Shown in pieces: positions 1 through 8,738 of a DNA stretch of 64,000 bases. This DNA is from Oscillospiraceae bacterium (lineage in GTDB: Bacteria; Bacillota; Clostridia; Oscillospirales; SIG627). Position 1 is the first letter of the stretch, and the number at the start of each line of letters is the position of its first letter. A model generated the notes under the pieces. That model was not told the DNA's origin. It did no database searches and saw nothing but the letters and a program-made list of their open reading frames with translations. The stretch is from contig SVQQ01000003.1 of the NCBI GenBank assembly GCA_015065265.1, positions 3,454 to 67,453 of the forward strand, given 5' to 3'. The translations under genes and the position numbers were made by a program.

Positions 1-208
1 CGGCGATGCCCTTCTGGAAAATAAAATCGCAGAAGGGGACGTAACCGAGTTTGGACTCTATATTAAAAAAGTAAACGGAATTTCAGGTGACTACGAAAAA
101 GACGGAGTTTACTGGGCGCTTTATAAAGACGGTGAATACCTTATGACAGGTGCCGACACAACCGAAATTACAAGCGGTGAACACTATGAACTCGTCCTGT
201 CAAAATAA
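1..208 (+). CDS. 3' end of DUF4430-like (transcobalamin C-terminal-like) protein, partial
   Basis: Frame from nt 2 reads GDALLENKIAEGDVTEFGLYIKKVNGISGDYEKDGVYWALYKDGEYLMTGADTTEITSGEHYELVLSK*. The G-x-Y-I-x-x-V-N-G...W-x-x-Y...G-A-D pattern resembles DUF4430. It overlaps the ECF S-component gene. Confidence 0.7.
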   Translation, partial: GDALLENKIAEGDVTEFGLYIKKVNGISGDYEKDGVYWALYKDGEYLMTGADTTEITSGEHYELVLSK

Positions 209-725
209 AAGAATACTGTCAATAAAAGAAATAGTAATCTTTTCAATGCTCGGCGCATTGATGTTCGTGTCAAAAATAATTCTCGAAGTACTTCCAAACA
301 TTCATCTGCTGGGTATGTTTACAATGCTATACACCATAGTATATCGTGGTAAAGCCTTAATCCCCATTTACCTTTTCGTCTTCATTCAAGGCGTGTGGTC
401 AGGCTTTGCACTCTGGTGGATTCCATATCTCTATTTATGGTTAGTACTCTGGGGGATAACAATGTTACTTCCCAAAAACCTTCCCACAAGATATGGAGCA
501 ATACTCTATCCTATCATAAACGCCCTTTTCGGACTTCTGTACGGAACACTCTATGCACCGTCACAAGCACTCCTTTTTGGGCTCGACTTTAAGGGAATGC
601 TCTTGTGGATTCTTCAGGGACTGCCATGGGACGTGACCCATGCAATAGGTAATCTGATAGCGGGACTGCTTATTGTGCCTCTTTCAAAAATACTTTTAAA
701 AATAAAGCAATTCCCGACAAAATGA
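186..725 (+). CDS. ECF transporter S component, CbrT-like (probable cobalamin uptake)
   Basis: Hydrophobic ~180 aa with LPNIHL and WWIPYLY motifs and a C-terminal DVTHAIGN helix. ATG at 186 preferred over GTG at 150. Follows the DUF4430-like gene. Confidence 0.7.
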   Translation: MNSSCQNKRILSIKEIVIFSMLGALMFVSKIILEVLPNIHLLGMFTMLYTIVYRGKALIPIYLFVFIQGVWSGFALWWIPYLYLWLVLWGITMLLPKNLPTRYGAILYPIINALFGLLYGTLYAPSQALLFGLDFKGMLLWILQGLPWDVTHAIGNLIAGLLIVPLSKILLKIKQFPTK

Positions 726-763
726 GGCAAAAAAATAAAAATTCCACCAAAATAAAAAAACAC

Positions 764-792
764 TTGATTTTATCTTCATAGTATGGTAAAAT
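764..792 (+). promoter_or_regulatory. sigmaA promoter of the Tyr T-box operon
   Basis: TTGATT (764-769), 17 nt spacer, TGgTAAAAT (extended -10; hexamer 787-792). Confidence 0.75.
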
Positions 793-807
793 GTTTGTAA
801 CATCTAA

Positions 808-1064
808 ATGCGTTTGAGCGAAAACAAGTAAGGATAAGAGTTTATCCAAAGAGAGTCGTTGGCAGGTGTGAAACGACGTTGACCTTATCCCCAATACATT
901 TCGTGAGCAGTGCACCGAACTTACAGTAGGCTGCAACGGGAGTTCCCGTCATAGAACGAGGGTATGTACGTACCCGTAAAGGCTGTTGTCGCGAGACTTC
1001 AGTGAACAGAGGTGGTACCACGGGAAATTCTCGTCCTCTTCTTTTGAAGAGGACGATATTTTTT
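808..1064 (+). promoter_or_regulatory. T-box riboswitch, Tyr specifier (UAC)
   Basis: K-turn TGC..GA / GA-GCA. Lower stem CGAAA (819-823) / TTTCG (899-903). AGTA loop, AGAGA bulge and GGTG distal loop present. Specifier TAC at 895-897 followed by A. T-box GGTGGTACCACG (1011-1022). Terminator TCGTCCTCTTC-TTTT-GAAGAGGACGA plus a T run (1031-1064). Confidence 0.92.
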
Positions 1065-1118
1065 ATCCATTTTAAAGTCTCTTTGAAAGAAAAAAGTACG
1101 AAAGAAGGGATTTTTAAA

Positions 1119-2699
1119 ATGGGTACACAGATTTTAACACTTATAATGCTCGTTGTATTTTTTGCGGTAATGATAGGGGTAGGTCTCTATTGTCGCCGCC
1201 ACTCTACCAACGTTGACGGTTTCGTCCTTGGTGGCAGAAGTGTTGGACCATGGCTTACCGCCTTCGCCTACGGTACTTCATACTTTTCAGCAGTTATTTT
1301 CGTAGGCTACGCAGGACAGTTCGGTTGGGCGTTCGGTATGTCGTCAACCTGGATAGGTCTCGGTAATGCCTTCATCGGCTCACTTCTCGCCTGGGTAGTT
1401 CTTGGCAGAAGAACAAGAGTTATGACCCAACACCTTGAAAGTAAGACAATGCCCGACTTCTTCCAGAAGAGATATAAGTCAAACGCACTGAAAATTGCCG
1501 CATCTTTCATAGTGTTCATTTTCCTCATTCCTTATACAGCGTCCCTCTATAACGGACTTTCAAGCCTCTTTACTATGGCTTTTGACGTGCCTTACTGGTC
1601 AGTAATTCTCATAATGGCAGTCCTTACAGGCATCTACGTCATCTTTGGCGGATATATGGCAACTGCGGTAAATGACTTTATTCAAGGTATTATAATGCTT
1701 GTAGGTATTGTTGCGGTAATCGGCGCAGTTTTACATAGTCAAGGTGGCTTTATGGAAGCATACAGCGCCCTTGGTGCTCTTCCTCACGATACAATGCAAG
1801 GCGCCTTTTCATCATTTGTAGGACCCGACCCAATATTCCTCTTCTTCGTTGTAATGCTCACCTCCCTTGGCACCTGGGGACTTCCTCAGATGATTGGTAA
1901 GTTCTACTCAATCAAAAATGAAGAAGCCATCAATAAAGGAACTATAATTTCAACAGCATTTGCAATCATCGTAGCAGGGGGTTGCTACTTCCTCGGCGGT
2001 TTTGGACGTCTTTTCGACTCACCCGACCTTTACGTAGGTGGAAAACTTATGAACGATAAGATTATCCCATCTATGCTTTCCGAACTTTCCCCCGTAATTG
2101 TGGCGATAGTTATAGTTCTTGTCCTTGCGGCATCAATGTCAACTCTCTCATCACTTGTGCTCACTTCAAGTTCCACCCTGACACTTGACGTAATCGTCCC
2201 CGGACTTGAAAAGAACAAAAAGAGTACAAGCGAGAAGAAAAAACTCTTAATTCTCCGCTTATTTATAGTTTTCTTTATCGTAGTATCTGCAGTAATCGCC
2301 ATTGTTAAGGATATGTTCCCCGGCTTTACCTTTATCGCGCAGATGATGGGCGTGTCTTGGGGCGCTCTTGCAGGAGCATTCCTTGCTCCCTTCCTCTATG
2401 GATTATACTGGAAGAAAACCACAAAATCGGCTGTCGCAGTTTCCTTTATCTTCGGCACAGGAATTGAACTTGTGCAACTGTTAAAAGACTTTGGCGTCTT
2501 TACAATAGACGGCGGACTTTTAGGATTTATTTTCAGAAATTCACTTTACTCGGGAGTATTTGCAATGCTTGGCGGACTTATCCTCGTTCCCATTATCAGC
2601 CTTATCACACCTAAACTTAAAAAAGAGGACACAGATGAAATGTTCTCTTGCTACCATAAGGAAGTAAAAGTATTATCCAAAGAATCACTTGGCAAATAG
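1119..2699 (+). CDS. sodium:solute symporter (SSS/PutP family)
   Basis: Multi-TM protein with FVLGGRSVG, TSYFSAVIFVGYAG and AASMSTLSS motifs. ATG at 1119 follows an AAGGGA RBS. Confidence 0.9.
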   Translation: MGTQILTLIMLVVFFAVMIGVGLYCRRHSTNVDGFVLGGRSVGPWLTAFAYGTSYFSAVIFVGYAGQFGWAFGMSSTWIGLGNAFIGSLLAWVVLGRRTRVMTQHLESKTMPDFFQKRYKSNALKIAASFIVFIFLIPYTASLYNGLSSLFTMAFDVPYWSVILIMAVLTGIYVIFGGYMATAVNDFIQGIIMLVGIVAVIGAVLHSQGGFMEAYSALGALPHDTMQGAFSSFVGPDPIFLFFVVMLTSLGTWGLPQMIGKFYSIKNEEAINKGTIISTAFAIIVAGGCYFLGGFGRLFDSPDLYVGGKLMNDKIIPSMLSELSPVIVAIVIVLVLAASMSTLSSLVLTSSSTLTLDVIVPGLEKNKKSTSEKKKLLILRLFIVFFIVVSAVIAIVKDMFPGFTFIAQMMGVSWGALAGAFLAPFLYGLYWKKTTKSAVAVSFIFGTGIELVQLLKDFGVFTIDGGLLGFIFRNSLYSGVFAMLGGLILVPIISLITPKLKKEDTDEMFSCYHKEVKVLSKESLGK

Positions 2700-2733
2700 A
2701 ATTCATTAAATAGTCTTTTGAAAGGAAATAAAA

Positions 2734-4368
2734 ATGCCCATTACAGAGATTTTACAGAAGAATGCCGACCTTTATCCCAACGACGTAAGTCTCATTGAGA
2801 TAAACCCCAAGTTCGAAAAAGAACGTACCTCTTGGCGCGAATATTCTCTAATTGAGACAAATTCAAGAGAGGTTTATAAAAAGCAGATAACCTGGCAGGA
2901 CTTCAACTGTCGTTCTAACCGCTTTGCAAACCTACTCCTGTCAAGAGGAATAAAAAAAGGGGACAAGGTTGCAATTCTTCTTATGAACTGCCTTGAATGG
3001 CTTCCCGTATATTTCGGAGCCCTTAAATCAGGCGCTATGGCAGTACCTTTAAACTACCGCTATACCGCAGATGAGATTAAGTATTGCCTTGAACTTGCCG
3101 ACGCCGACGTCCTTGTCTTCGGACCTGAATTTATCGGACGAGTTGAAGAGATTTGCACAAAGGTAAAACGTGTGAAAACTTGGCTCTACGTGGGCGGGGA
3201 TTGCCCCACCTTTGCCGAAAGTTACGAGGAACTGGTAGGCTATTGCTCGTCTAAATCACCCGCCATCAAACTCACCGACGACGACGAGGCGGCAATCTAC
3301 TTTTCATCAGGTACAACAGGCTTCCCCAAAGCCATAATACATAAACACAGAAGCCTTATGCACTCCGCCCTTACCGAGAATAATCACCATTCACAGACGA
3401 AAGACGACATCTTCCTGTGTATTCCGCCCCTCTACCATACGGGTGCCAAGATGCACTGGTTCGGCAGTTTCCTTGTAGGTGCAAAATCGGTACTCTTAAA
3501 CGGTATTAAACCCGAATGGATAATGAAGGTCGCAAGTGAAGAGAAGTGCTCTATCGTGTGGTTACTCGTGCCCTGGGCACAGGATATTCTGGATGCCATC
3601 GAGAGAGGGGATATCAAACTTGAAGAATACGACCTTACAAGTTGGCGCCTTATGCACATCGGCGCACAACCTGTACCCCCAAGTCTTATAAAGCGTTGGA
3701 AGAAGTATTTCCCGAACCACGCCTACGACACCAACTACGGACTTTCCGAGTCCATAGGCCCTGGCTGTGTACACCTCGGCGTTGAAAATGAACATAAAGT
3801 CGGCGCTATCGGTAAAGCAGGTTACGGTTGGGAAACTATGATAGTTGACGAAAATAAGAACCCTGTAAAGAGGGGAGAAGTCGGGGAACTTGCAGTAAAA
3901 GGCCCAGGCGTTATGACCGCTTACTATAAAGACGAAAAAGCCACCGCCGAAGTGCTTCGTGACGGTTGGCTCTTTACAGGAGATATGGCAGAGGAAGACG
4001 AGGACGGCTTTATCTGGCTGGTTGACCGCAAGAAAGACGTCATAATTTCAGGCGGTGAAAATCTGTACCCCGTTCAGATTGAAGACTTCTTACGTAAAAA
4101 CGATAAGATTTCCGACGTAGCAGTTATCGGACTTCCCGATGCAAGACTTGGAGAAATAGCCGCCGCTATAATCCAAGTCAAAGAGGGACAGACCTTGACA
4201 GAAGAAGAGGTTGAAGAGTTCTGTATGGACCTTCCCCGATACAAGAGACCTCATAAGGTAATCTTCGCAGACGTACCCCGTAACCCAACAGGTAAAATAG
4301 AAAAGCCCAAACTTCGTAAAATTTACTGTGGCGAAAGCGTTGTGGCTCAACAAAACGAAATAAAGTAA
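2734..4368 (+). CDS. acyl-CoA synthetase (AMP-forming, class I adenylate-forming enzyme)
   Basis: YFSSGTTGFPK P-loop, YGLSE, TGD, DRKKD and GKIEK motifs. Confidence 0.92.
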   Translation: MPITEILQKNADLYPNDVSLIEINPKFEKERTSWREYSLIETNSREVYKKQITWQDFNCRSNRFANLLLSRGIKKGDKVAILLMNCLEWLPVYFGALKSGAMAVPLNYRYTADEIKYCLELADADVLVFGPEFIGRVEEICTKVKRVKTWLYVGGDCPTFAESYEELVGYCSSKSPAIKLTDDDEAAIYFSSGTTGFPKAIIHKHRSLMHSALTENNHHSQTKDDIFLCIPPLYHTGAKMHWFGSFLVGAKSVLLNGIKPEWIMKVASEEKCSIVWLLVPWAQDILDAIERGDIKLEEYDLTSWRLMHIGAQPVPPSLIKRWKKYFPNHAYDTNYGLSESIGPGCVHLGVENEHKVGAIGKAGYGWETMIVDENKNPVKRGEVGELAVKGPGVMTAYYKDEKATAEVLRDGWLFTGDMAEEDEDGFIWLVDRKKDVIISGGENLYPVQIEDFLRKNDKISDVAVIGLPDARLGEIAAAIIQVKEGQTLTEEEVEEFCMDLPRYKRPHKVIFADVPRNPTGKIEKPKLRKIYCGESVVAQQNEIK

Positions 4369-4393
4369 TTTTTGCTTTTAAAGGAGAATTTCA

Positions 4394-6136
4394 ATGAAAA
4401 AGTTATTACTGGGTAACGCCGCAGTTGCCCGTGGCGCCTATGAAGCAGGAGTTAACGTCGTTGCTTCCTATCCAGGCACCCCAAGTACCGAAATTACAGA
4501 AGAAATAGTAAAGTTTGAAGAAATCTACGCCGAATGGTCACCTAACGAAAAGGTTGCCGCCGAAGTTGCAATCGGAGCATCTATTGCAGGTGGCAGAGCC
4601 ATGAGTTGTATGAAACACGTAGGACTCAACGTTATGGCAGACCCTGTCTTCACCGTTAGTTATACGGGAGTTAACGGTGGACTCGTCTTCTGCGTTGCAG
4701 ACGACCCCGGTATGCACTCTTCCCAGAACGAACAGGACTCAAGACACTACGCCAAGGCGTCGAAGATTACAATGCTCGAGCCTTCCGACTCAAAAGAGTG
4801 CCGTGACTTTACCCGCCTTGCTTTCGACCTTTCCGAAAAATTTGATACCCCCGTATTCATCCGCCTTTCCACAAGAGTTTCCCACTCTCAAAGCCTTGTG
4901 GAACTTGAAGAGAGAAAATTAGTTCCCGTAAAGGACTATGAGAAGAATATCGGAAAGTACGTTATGATGCCCGCAAACGCCATAAAGAGACACGTAACCG
5001 TTGAAGAACGCATTAACGCCCTTCGTGAGTTTGCCGAAGTAAGTGACCTTAATACAGTTGAAAATAACGGTTCAAAAATTGGCGTAATTACATCAGGTAT
5101 CACATATATGTACGCGAAAGAAGCACTGGAAGATAAGGTTGACTACCTTAAACTCGGTATGGTTTACCCCCTTCCCGAAAAGAAGATTGTGGATTTTGCG
5201 AAGAATTACGATAAGGTTTTTGTTATCGAAGAACTTGACCCCGTAATCGAAGACCACGCGAAAGCCCTCGGCGTTGAAGTTATCGGTAAAGAGGTGTTCA
5301 CACTTCTTGGCGAATATACCCCCGCTATGATTAAAAAGGCAGTACTTTCAGCCTCTGCCCCCGAAACAATTACCGTAAACGAAAATATCCCTGTCCGTCC
5401 CCCCGTTATGTGCGCAGGTTGCCCACACCGTGGCACCTTCTACGTACTTAAAAAACTCGGACTCGTCGTGTCGGGTGACATCGGTTGTTATACTCTGGGC
5501 GCTACAATGCCCTTGCAGTCGGTAGATACTACAATCTGTATGGGCGCATCCGTTTCAGCCGCACACGGTATGGCAAAAGCAAGAGGCAAGGAATTCAATA
5601 AGAAACTCGTCTCGGTTATAGGGGATTCCACCTTTATGCACTCGGGTATCACAGGACTTGTTGATATCGTTTATAATAAAGGCGCAAACACCGTAATCAT
5701 TCTCGATAACTCTATCACAGGTATGACAGGCCATCAGGACAACCCCACCACAGGCTATACTATCAGAGGTGAAGAGACAAAACAGGTTAACCTCATCACC
5801 CTTTGTAAAGCGGTAGGCGTTGAAAGAGTTGTGGTTGCCGACCCCTTCGACGTAAAACACTTTGAAGAAGTAGTCAAAGCCGAAGTTGAAGCAGACGAAC
5901 CCTCTGTAATTATCGCACAACGCCCCTGCGCACTTTTGAAGAGCGTTAAATATACAGGCGTATGTCAGATTAACGATAAATGTCGCAACTGTAAAATGTG
6001 TATGAAACTCGGTTGCCCCGCCATCACCCTTCGTGACGGTAAGGTAGTAATCGACCCCACCCAGTGTAACGGTTGCGGACTCTGTGTTAACGTTTGCCCG
6101 TTCTCTGCTATCGAAAAGAACGACGAAAGGAGATAA
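4394..6136 (+). CDS. iorA: indolepyruvate:ferredoxin oxidoreductase alpha subunit
   Basis: YPGTPSTE, NEKVA, CAGCPHR, GDIGCY and GDSTF TPP motifs, plus a C-terminal 2x[4Fe-4S] ferredoxin domain. Confidence 0.95.
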   Translation: MKKLLLGNAAVARGAYEAGVNVVASYPGTPSTEITEEIVKFEEIYAEWSPNEKVAAEVAIGASIAGGRAMSCMKHVGLNVMADPVFTVSYTGVNGGLVFCVADDPGMHSSQNEQDSRHYAKASKITMLEPSDSKECRDFTRLAFDLSEKFDTPVFIRLSTRVSHSQSLVELEERKLVPVKDYEKNIGKYVMMPANAIKRHVTVEERINALREFAEVSDLNTVENNGSKIGVITSGITYMYAKEALEDKVDYLKLGMVYPLPEKKIVDFAKNYDKVFVIEELDPVIEDHAKALGVEVIGKEVFTLLGEYTPAMIKKAVLSASAPETITVNENIPVRPPVMCAGCPHRGTFYVLKKLGLVVSGDIGCYTLGATMPLQSVDTTICMGASVSAAHGMAKARGKEFNKKLVSVIGDSTFMHSGITGLVDIVYNKGANTVIILDNSITGMTGHQDNPTTGYTIRGEETKQVNLITLCKAVGVERVVVADPFDVKHFEEVVKAEVEADEPSVIIAQRPCALLKSVKYTGVCQINDKCRNCKMCMKLGCPAITLRDGKVVIDPTQCNGCGLCVNVCPFSAIEKNDERR

Positions 6137-6140
6137 TGTT

Positions 6141-6707
6141 ATGACAAAGAATATAATGATTGTTGGAGTCGGCGGACAGGGAACTCTCCTTGCCAGTCGA
6201 ATTCTCGGTAACACCGTTATAAACGAAGGCTACGACGTAAAGGTCTCCGAAGTTCACGGTATGAGTCAGCGTGGCGGAAGCGTTGTAACCTACGTAAAAT
6301 ATGGCGAAAAGGTCTATTCCCCCATAGTTGATAAAGGATGCGCCGACATAATTTTAGCCTTCGAACTTCTCGAAGCATACCGCGCCCTTCCTTATCTTAA
6401 AAAAGGCGGAAAGATTATTGTAAATAATCAGAAGATTGACCCCATGCCCGTAATTTCAGGCGTTGCCGACTACCCCGATAATATCCCCGAAAAACTCTCG
6501 GGTCTTACCGACTGCACAGTAGTCGATGCCCTCGCCCTTGCAAAAGAGGCGGGAAGCACCAAGGCTGTTAACGTAGTCCTTATCGGCGTTATGGCAAGGA
6601 GCACCGATATCCCCTTTGAAAAGTGGATTGAAACCATAAAGACCACAGTCCCCCCGAAATTCCTCGACATCAACCTCAAAGCCTTTGAACTTGGCTACAA
6701 TAACTAA
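6141..6707 (+). CDS. iorB: indolepyruvate:ferredoxin oxidoreductase beta subunit
   Basis: GVGGQGTLLAS and SEVHGMSQRGGSV motifs. ATG at 6141. Confidence 0.95.
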   Translation: MTKNIMIVGVGGQGTLLASRILGNTVINEGYDVKVSEVHGMSQRGGSVVTYVKYGEKVYSPIVDKGCADIILAFELLEAYRALPYLKKGGKIIVNNQKIDPMPVISGVADYPDNIPEKLSGLTDCTVVDALALAKEAGSTKAVNVVLIGVMARSTDIPFEKWIETIKTTVPPKFLDINLKAFELGYNN

Positions 6708-6714
6708 AAAACAA

Positions 6715-6750
6715 CCCCGAGACAACAACGCTTGCCTCGGGGAAATTTTT
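6715..6750. terminator. hairpin terminator between convergent iorB and the WG-repeat gene
   Basis: CCCCGAG...CTCGGGG stem with flanking A and T runs. Confidence 0.65.
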
Positions 6751-6755
6751 ATGTA

Positions 6756-8465
6756 TTAGTTGTAACTGTAAACAAATTCAATATTATCGTAAACGGGCTG
6801 AATCACCAGTTCCCCATTTTCATTAATAAGTCCACGTTTGTCATTGATTTCGACGATTGTCAAACCGTCATCGGAGAAAGAGTAAATGTAATCATAAACA
6901 GGCTGAACAACAACTTCCCCCTTTTCGTTGATAATTCCCCATTTACCATTGATTTCGACTCTTGCCAAACCATCGTAGAAACTGCCAACGTCATCATATA
7001 TAGACTGAACAACCAACTCGCCCTTTTTGTTAATAAATCCGTATTTACCGTTGATTTCAACTTCTGCTAAACCGTTGTCTGAGAAAGGGTAAAAGACATC
7101 ATAAACAGGCTGAATCACGAAGTCACCCTTATTGTTAATAAATCCCCATTTACCGTTGATTTCGACTCCTGCCAAGCCGTTGTCGGAGAAATAGGAAACG
7201 TCATCATAAACAGGCTGAATCACAAGTTCACCCTTATCGTTGATAAATCCCCATTTACCGTTGATTTTAACTCCTGCCAAACCGTTGTCGGAGAAATAGG
7301 AAACGTCATCATAAACAGGCTGAATCACGAAGTCACCTTTATTGTTAATAAATCCCCATTTACCGTTGATTTTAACTTTTGCCAAAACGTTGTCCGAAAA
7401 AGAACCTGCACTATCATAAACGGGCTGAATCACGAGTTCGCCCTTTTCGTTAATAAATCCGTATTTTCCATTGATTTCGACTCTTGCCAAACCGTTGTAG
7501 AAAGAGTAAACGTCATCATAAACAGGCTGAATCACGAATTCCCCTTTTTCGTTGATAAATCCACATTTACCATTGATTTTGACTTTTGCCAAACCGTTTG
7601 AGAAAGGGTAAAAACCATCATATATAGGCTGAATCACGAGTTCCCCATTTTCATTAATAAGTCCACGTTTGTCATTGATTTTGACGATTGTCAAACCGTT
7701 GTCTGAGAAAGAGTCAATATCATCATAAATAGGCTGAACAACCAACTCGCCCTTTTCGTTAGTAACTCCCCATTTACCGTTGATTTTAACTTTTGCCAAA
7801 CCGTTGTCTGAGAAAGAGTCAATATCATCATAAATAGGCTGAACAACTAACTCGCCCTTTTTGTTAATAGATCCGTATTTACCGTTGATTTCAACTTTTG
7901 CCAAACCGTTGTCGGAGAAAGAGGAAACGTAATCATAAACAGGTTGAACAACGTATTTCCCTTTTTCGTTGATAAATCCCCATTTACCGTTGATTTTAAC
8001 TCCTGCCAAGCCGTTGGAGAAATCGTCAACAGCACCACTAATAGGCTCAATAACCACGATGCCCTTTTTGTTAATAAATCCCCATTTACTTTTGTCTTTG
8101 ATTCTTGCCAAACCGTTGTCTGAGAAAGAGTCAATATCATCATAAATAGGCTGAACAACCAACTCGCCCTTTTCGTTAATAACTCCCCATTTACCGTTGA
8201 TTTTGACTCCTGCCAAACCTTCGGAGAAATCGTCAACGTTATCAAAAATTGTATTTGTATAAGGTTTTCCGTTTAGGTCAAGGTACGACCAACCATTGTT
8301 TGATTGAACAAAAAATCCAACCACTTCAATCTCTGTGGTACTGCCTTCAATCTCTGTGGTACTGCCTTCCTCTGTATTATCCTTTTTTTCTTCCTTTTCA
8401 CAAGAGCAGAGGATTAGAGATAAAGTGAGCAAAATTACCCCAACTGCTTTTAAGAATTTTTTCAT
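6756..8465 (-). CDS. WG (KWG) repeat-containing lipoprotein
   Basis: ATG at 8465 after an AAGGAG RBS. Lipobox-like LILCSC. Fourteen 34-35 aa repeats of type (K/G)VxINGKWGFINxKGExVIQPVYD..FSDNGLA, plus one degenerate N-terminal copy. Confidence 0.9.
   Translation of the reverse strand: MKKFLKAVGVILLTLSLILCSCEKEEKKDNTEEGSTTEIEGSTTEIEVVGFFVQSNNGWSYLDLNGKPYTNTIFDNVDDFSEGLAGVKINGKWGVINEKGELVVQPIYDDIDSFSDNGLARIKDKSKWGFINKKGIVVIEPISGAVDDFSNGLAGVKINGKWGFINEKGKYVVQPVYDYVSSFSDNGLAKVEINGKYGSINKKGELVVQPIYDDIDSFSDNGLAKVKINGKWGVTNEKGELVVQPIYDDIDSFSDNGLTIVKINDKRGLINENGELVIQPIYDGFYPFSNGLAKVKINGKCGFINEKGEFVIQPVYDDVYSFYNGLARVEINGKYGFINEKGELVIQPVYDSAGSFSDNVLAKVKINGKWGFINNKGDFVIQPVYDDVSYFSDNGLAGVKINGKWGFINDKGELVIQPVYDDVSYFSDNGLAGVEINGKWGFINNKGDFVIQPVYDVFYPFSDNGLAEVEINGKYGFINKKGELVVQSIYDDVGSFYDGLARVEINGKWGIINEKGEVVVQPVYDYIYSFSDDGLTIVEINDKRGLINENGELVIQPVYDNIEFVYSYN
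8324..8369. repeat. 21-bp tandem duplication (EGSTTEI x2)
   Basis: CTTCAATCTCTGTGGTACTGC occurs twice in tandem, followed by CTTC. Confidence 0.9.
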
Positions 8466-8486
8466 AGTCCTTTTCTCCTTTAAATT

Positions 8487-8697
8487 AAAAAAGTGTGTGC
8501 AAACCGAAGTCGCACACACCGAAAAAGGCGGCTCCGTTTTGCTACCACACAAAAACCTTTTCACACACCCAATAAGGACGACGCGAAATAGAGCCGACAC
8601 TTTTTACCAAAGTAAAAAGAGTATCGTCTCTCATTGGGCATTTTATTCGATTTTTGTGTGGTAAGAAGATTATATCACAAATTCTTTTGTTTGTAAA
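8487..8697 (-). promoter_or_regulatory. sigmaA promoter plus structured 5' leader with an intrinsic terminator
   Basis: Minus strand: TTTACA-17-TATAAT (8697-8669). 12-bp stem ACCACACAAAAA/TTTTTGTGTGGT with nested stems. Terminator GTGTGTGCGA..TTTGCACACAC-T6 just before the RBS. Confidence 0.7.
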
Positions 8698-8699
8698 GA

Positions 8700-8738
8700 A
8701 AAAACAGCCTACACCGTTTGGTGTAGGCTGAAATTTTT
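8700..8738 (-). terminator. terminator of the MBOAT-DHHW operon
   Basis: CAGCCTACACC-GTTT-GGTGTAGGCTG with flanking A/T runs. Confidence 0.8.

Noticed and set aside
889-894. Pro specifier (CCC/CCA) for the first T-box, tempting because the next gene is PutP-like
   Set aside because: The lower stem CGAAA/TTTCG and the K-turn place the codon one purine before 899, which is TAC. The CCC/CCA triplets lie at the upper edge of the loop.
5555-6214. 219 aa antisense ORF over iorA
   Set aside because: Shadow of a well-conserved gene, with no RBS or motifs.
6756-8465. Diversity-generating retroelement target or template pair
   Set aside because: There is no reverse transcriptase in the window, and differences between repeats are not confined to adenines. 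Ordinary intragenic duplication explains them.
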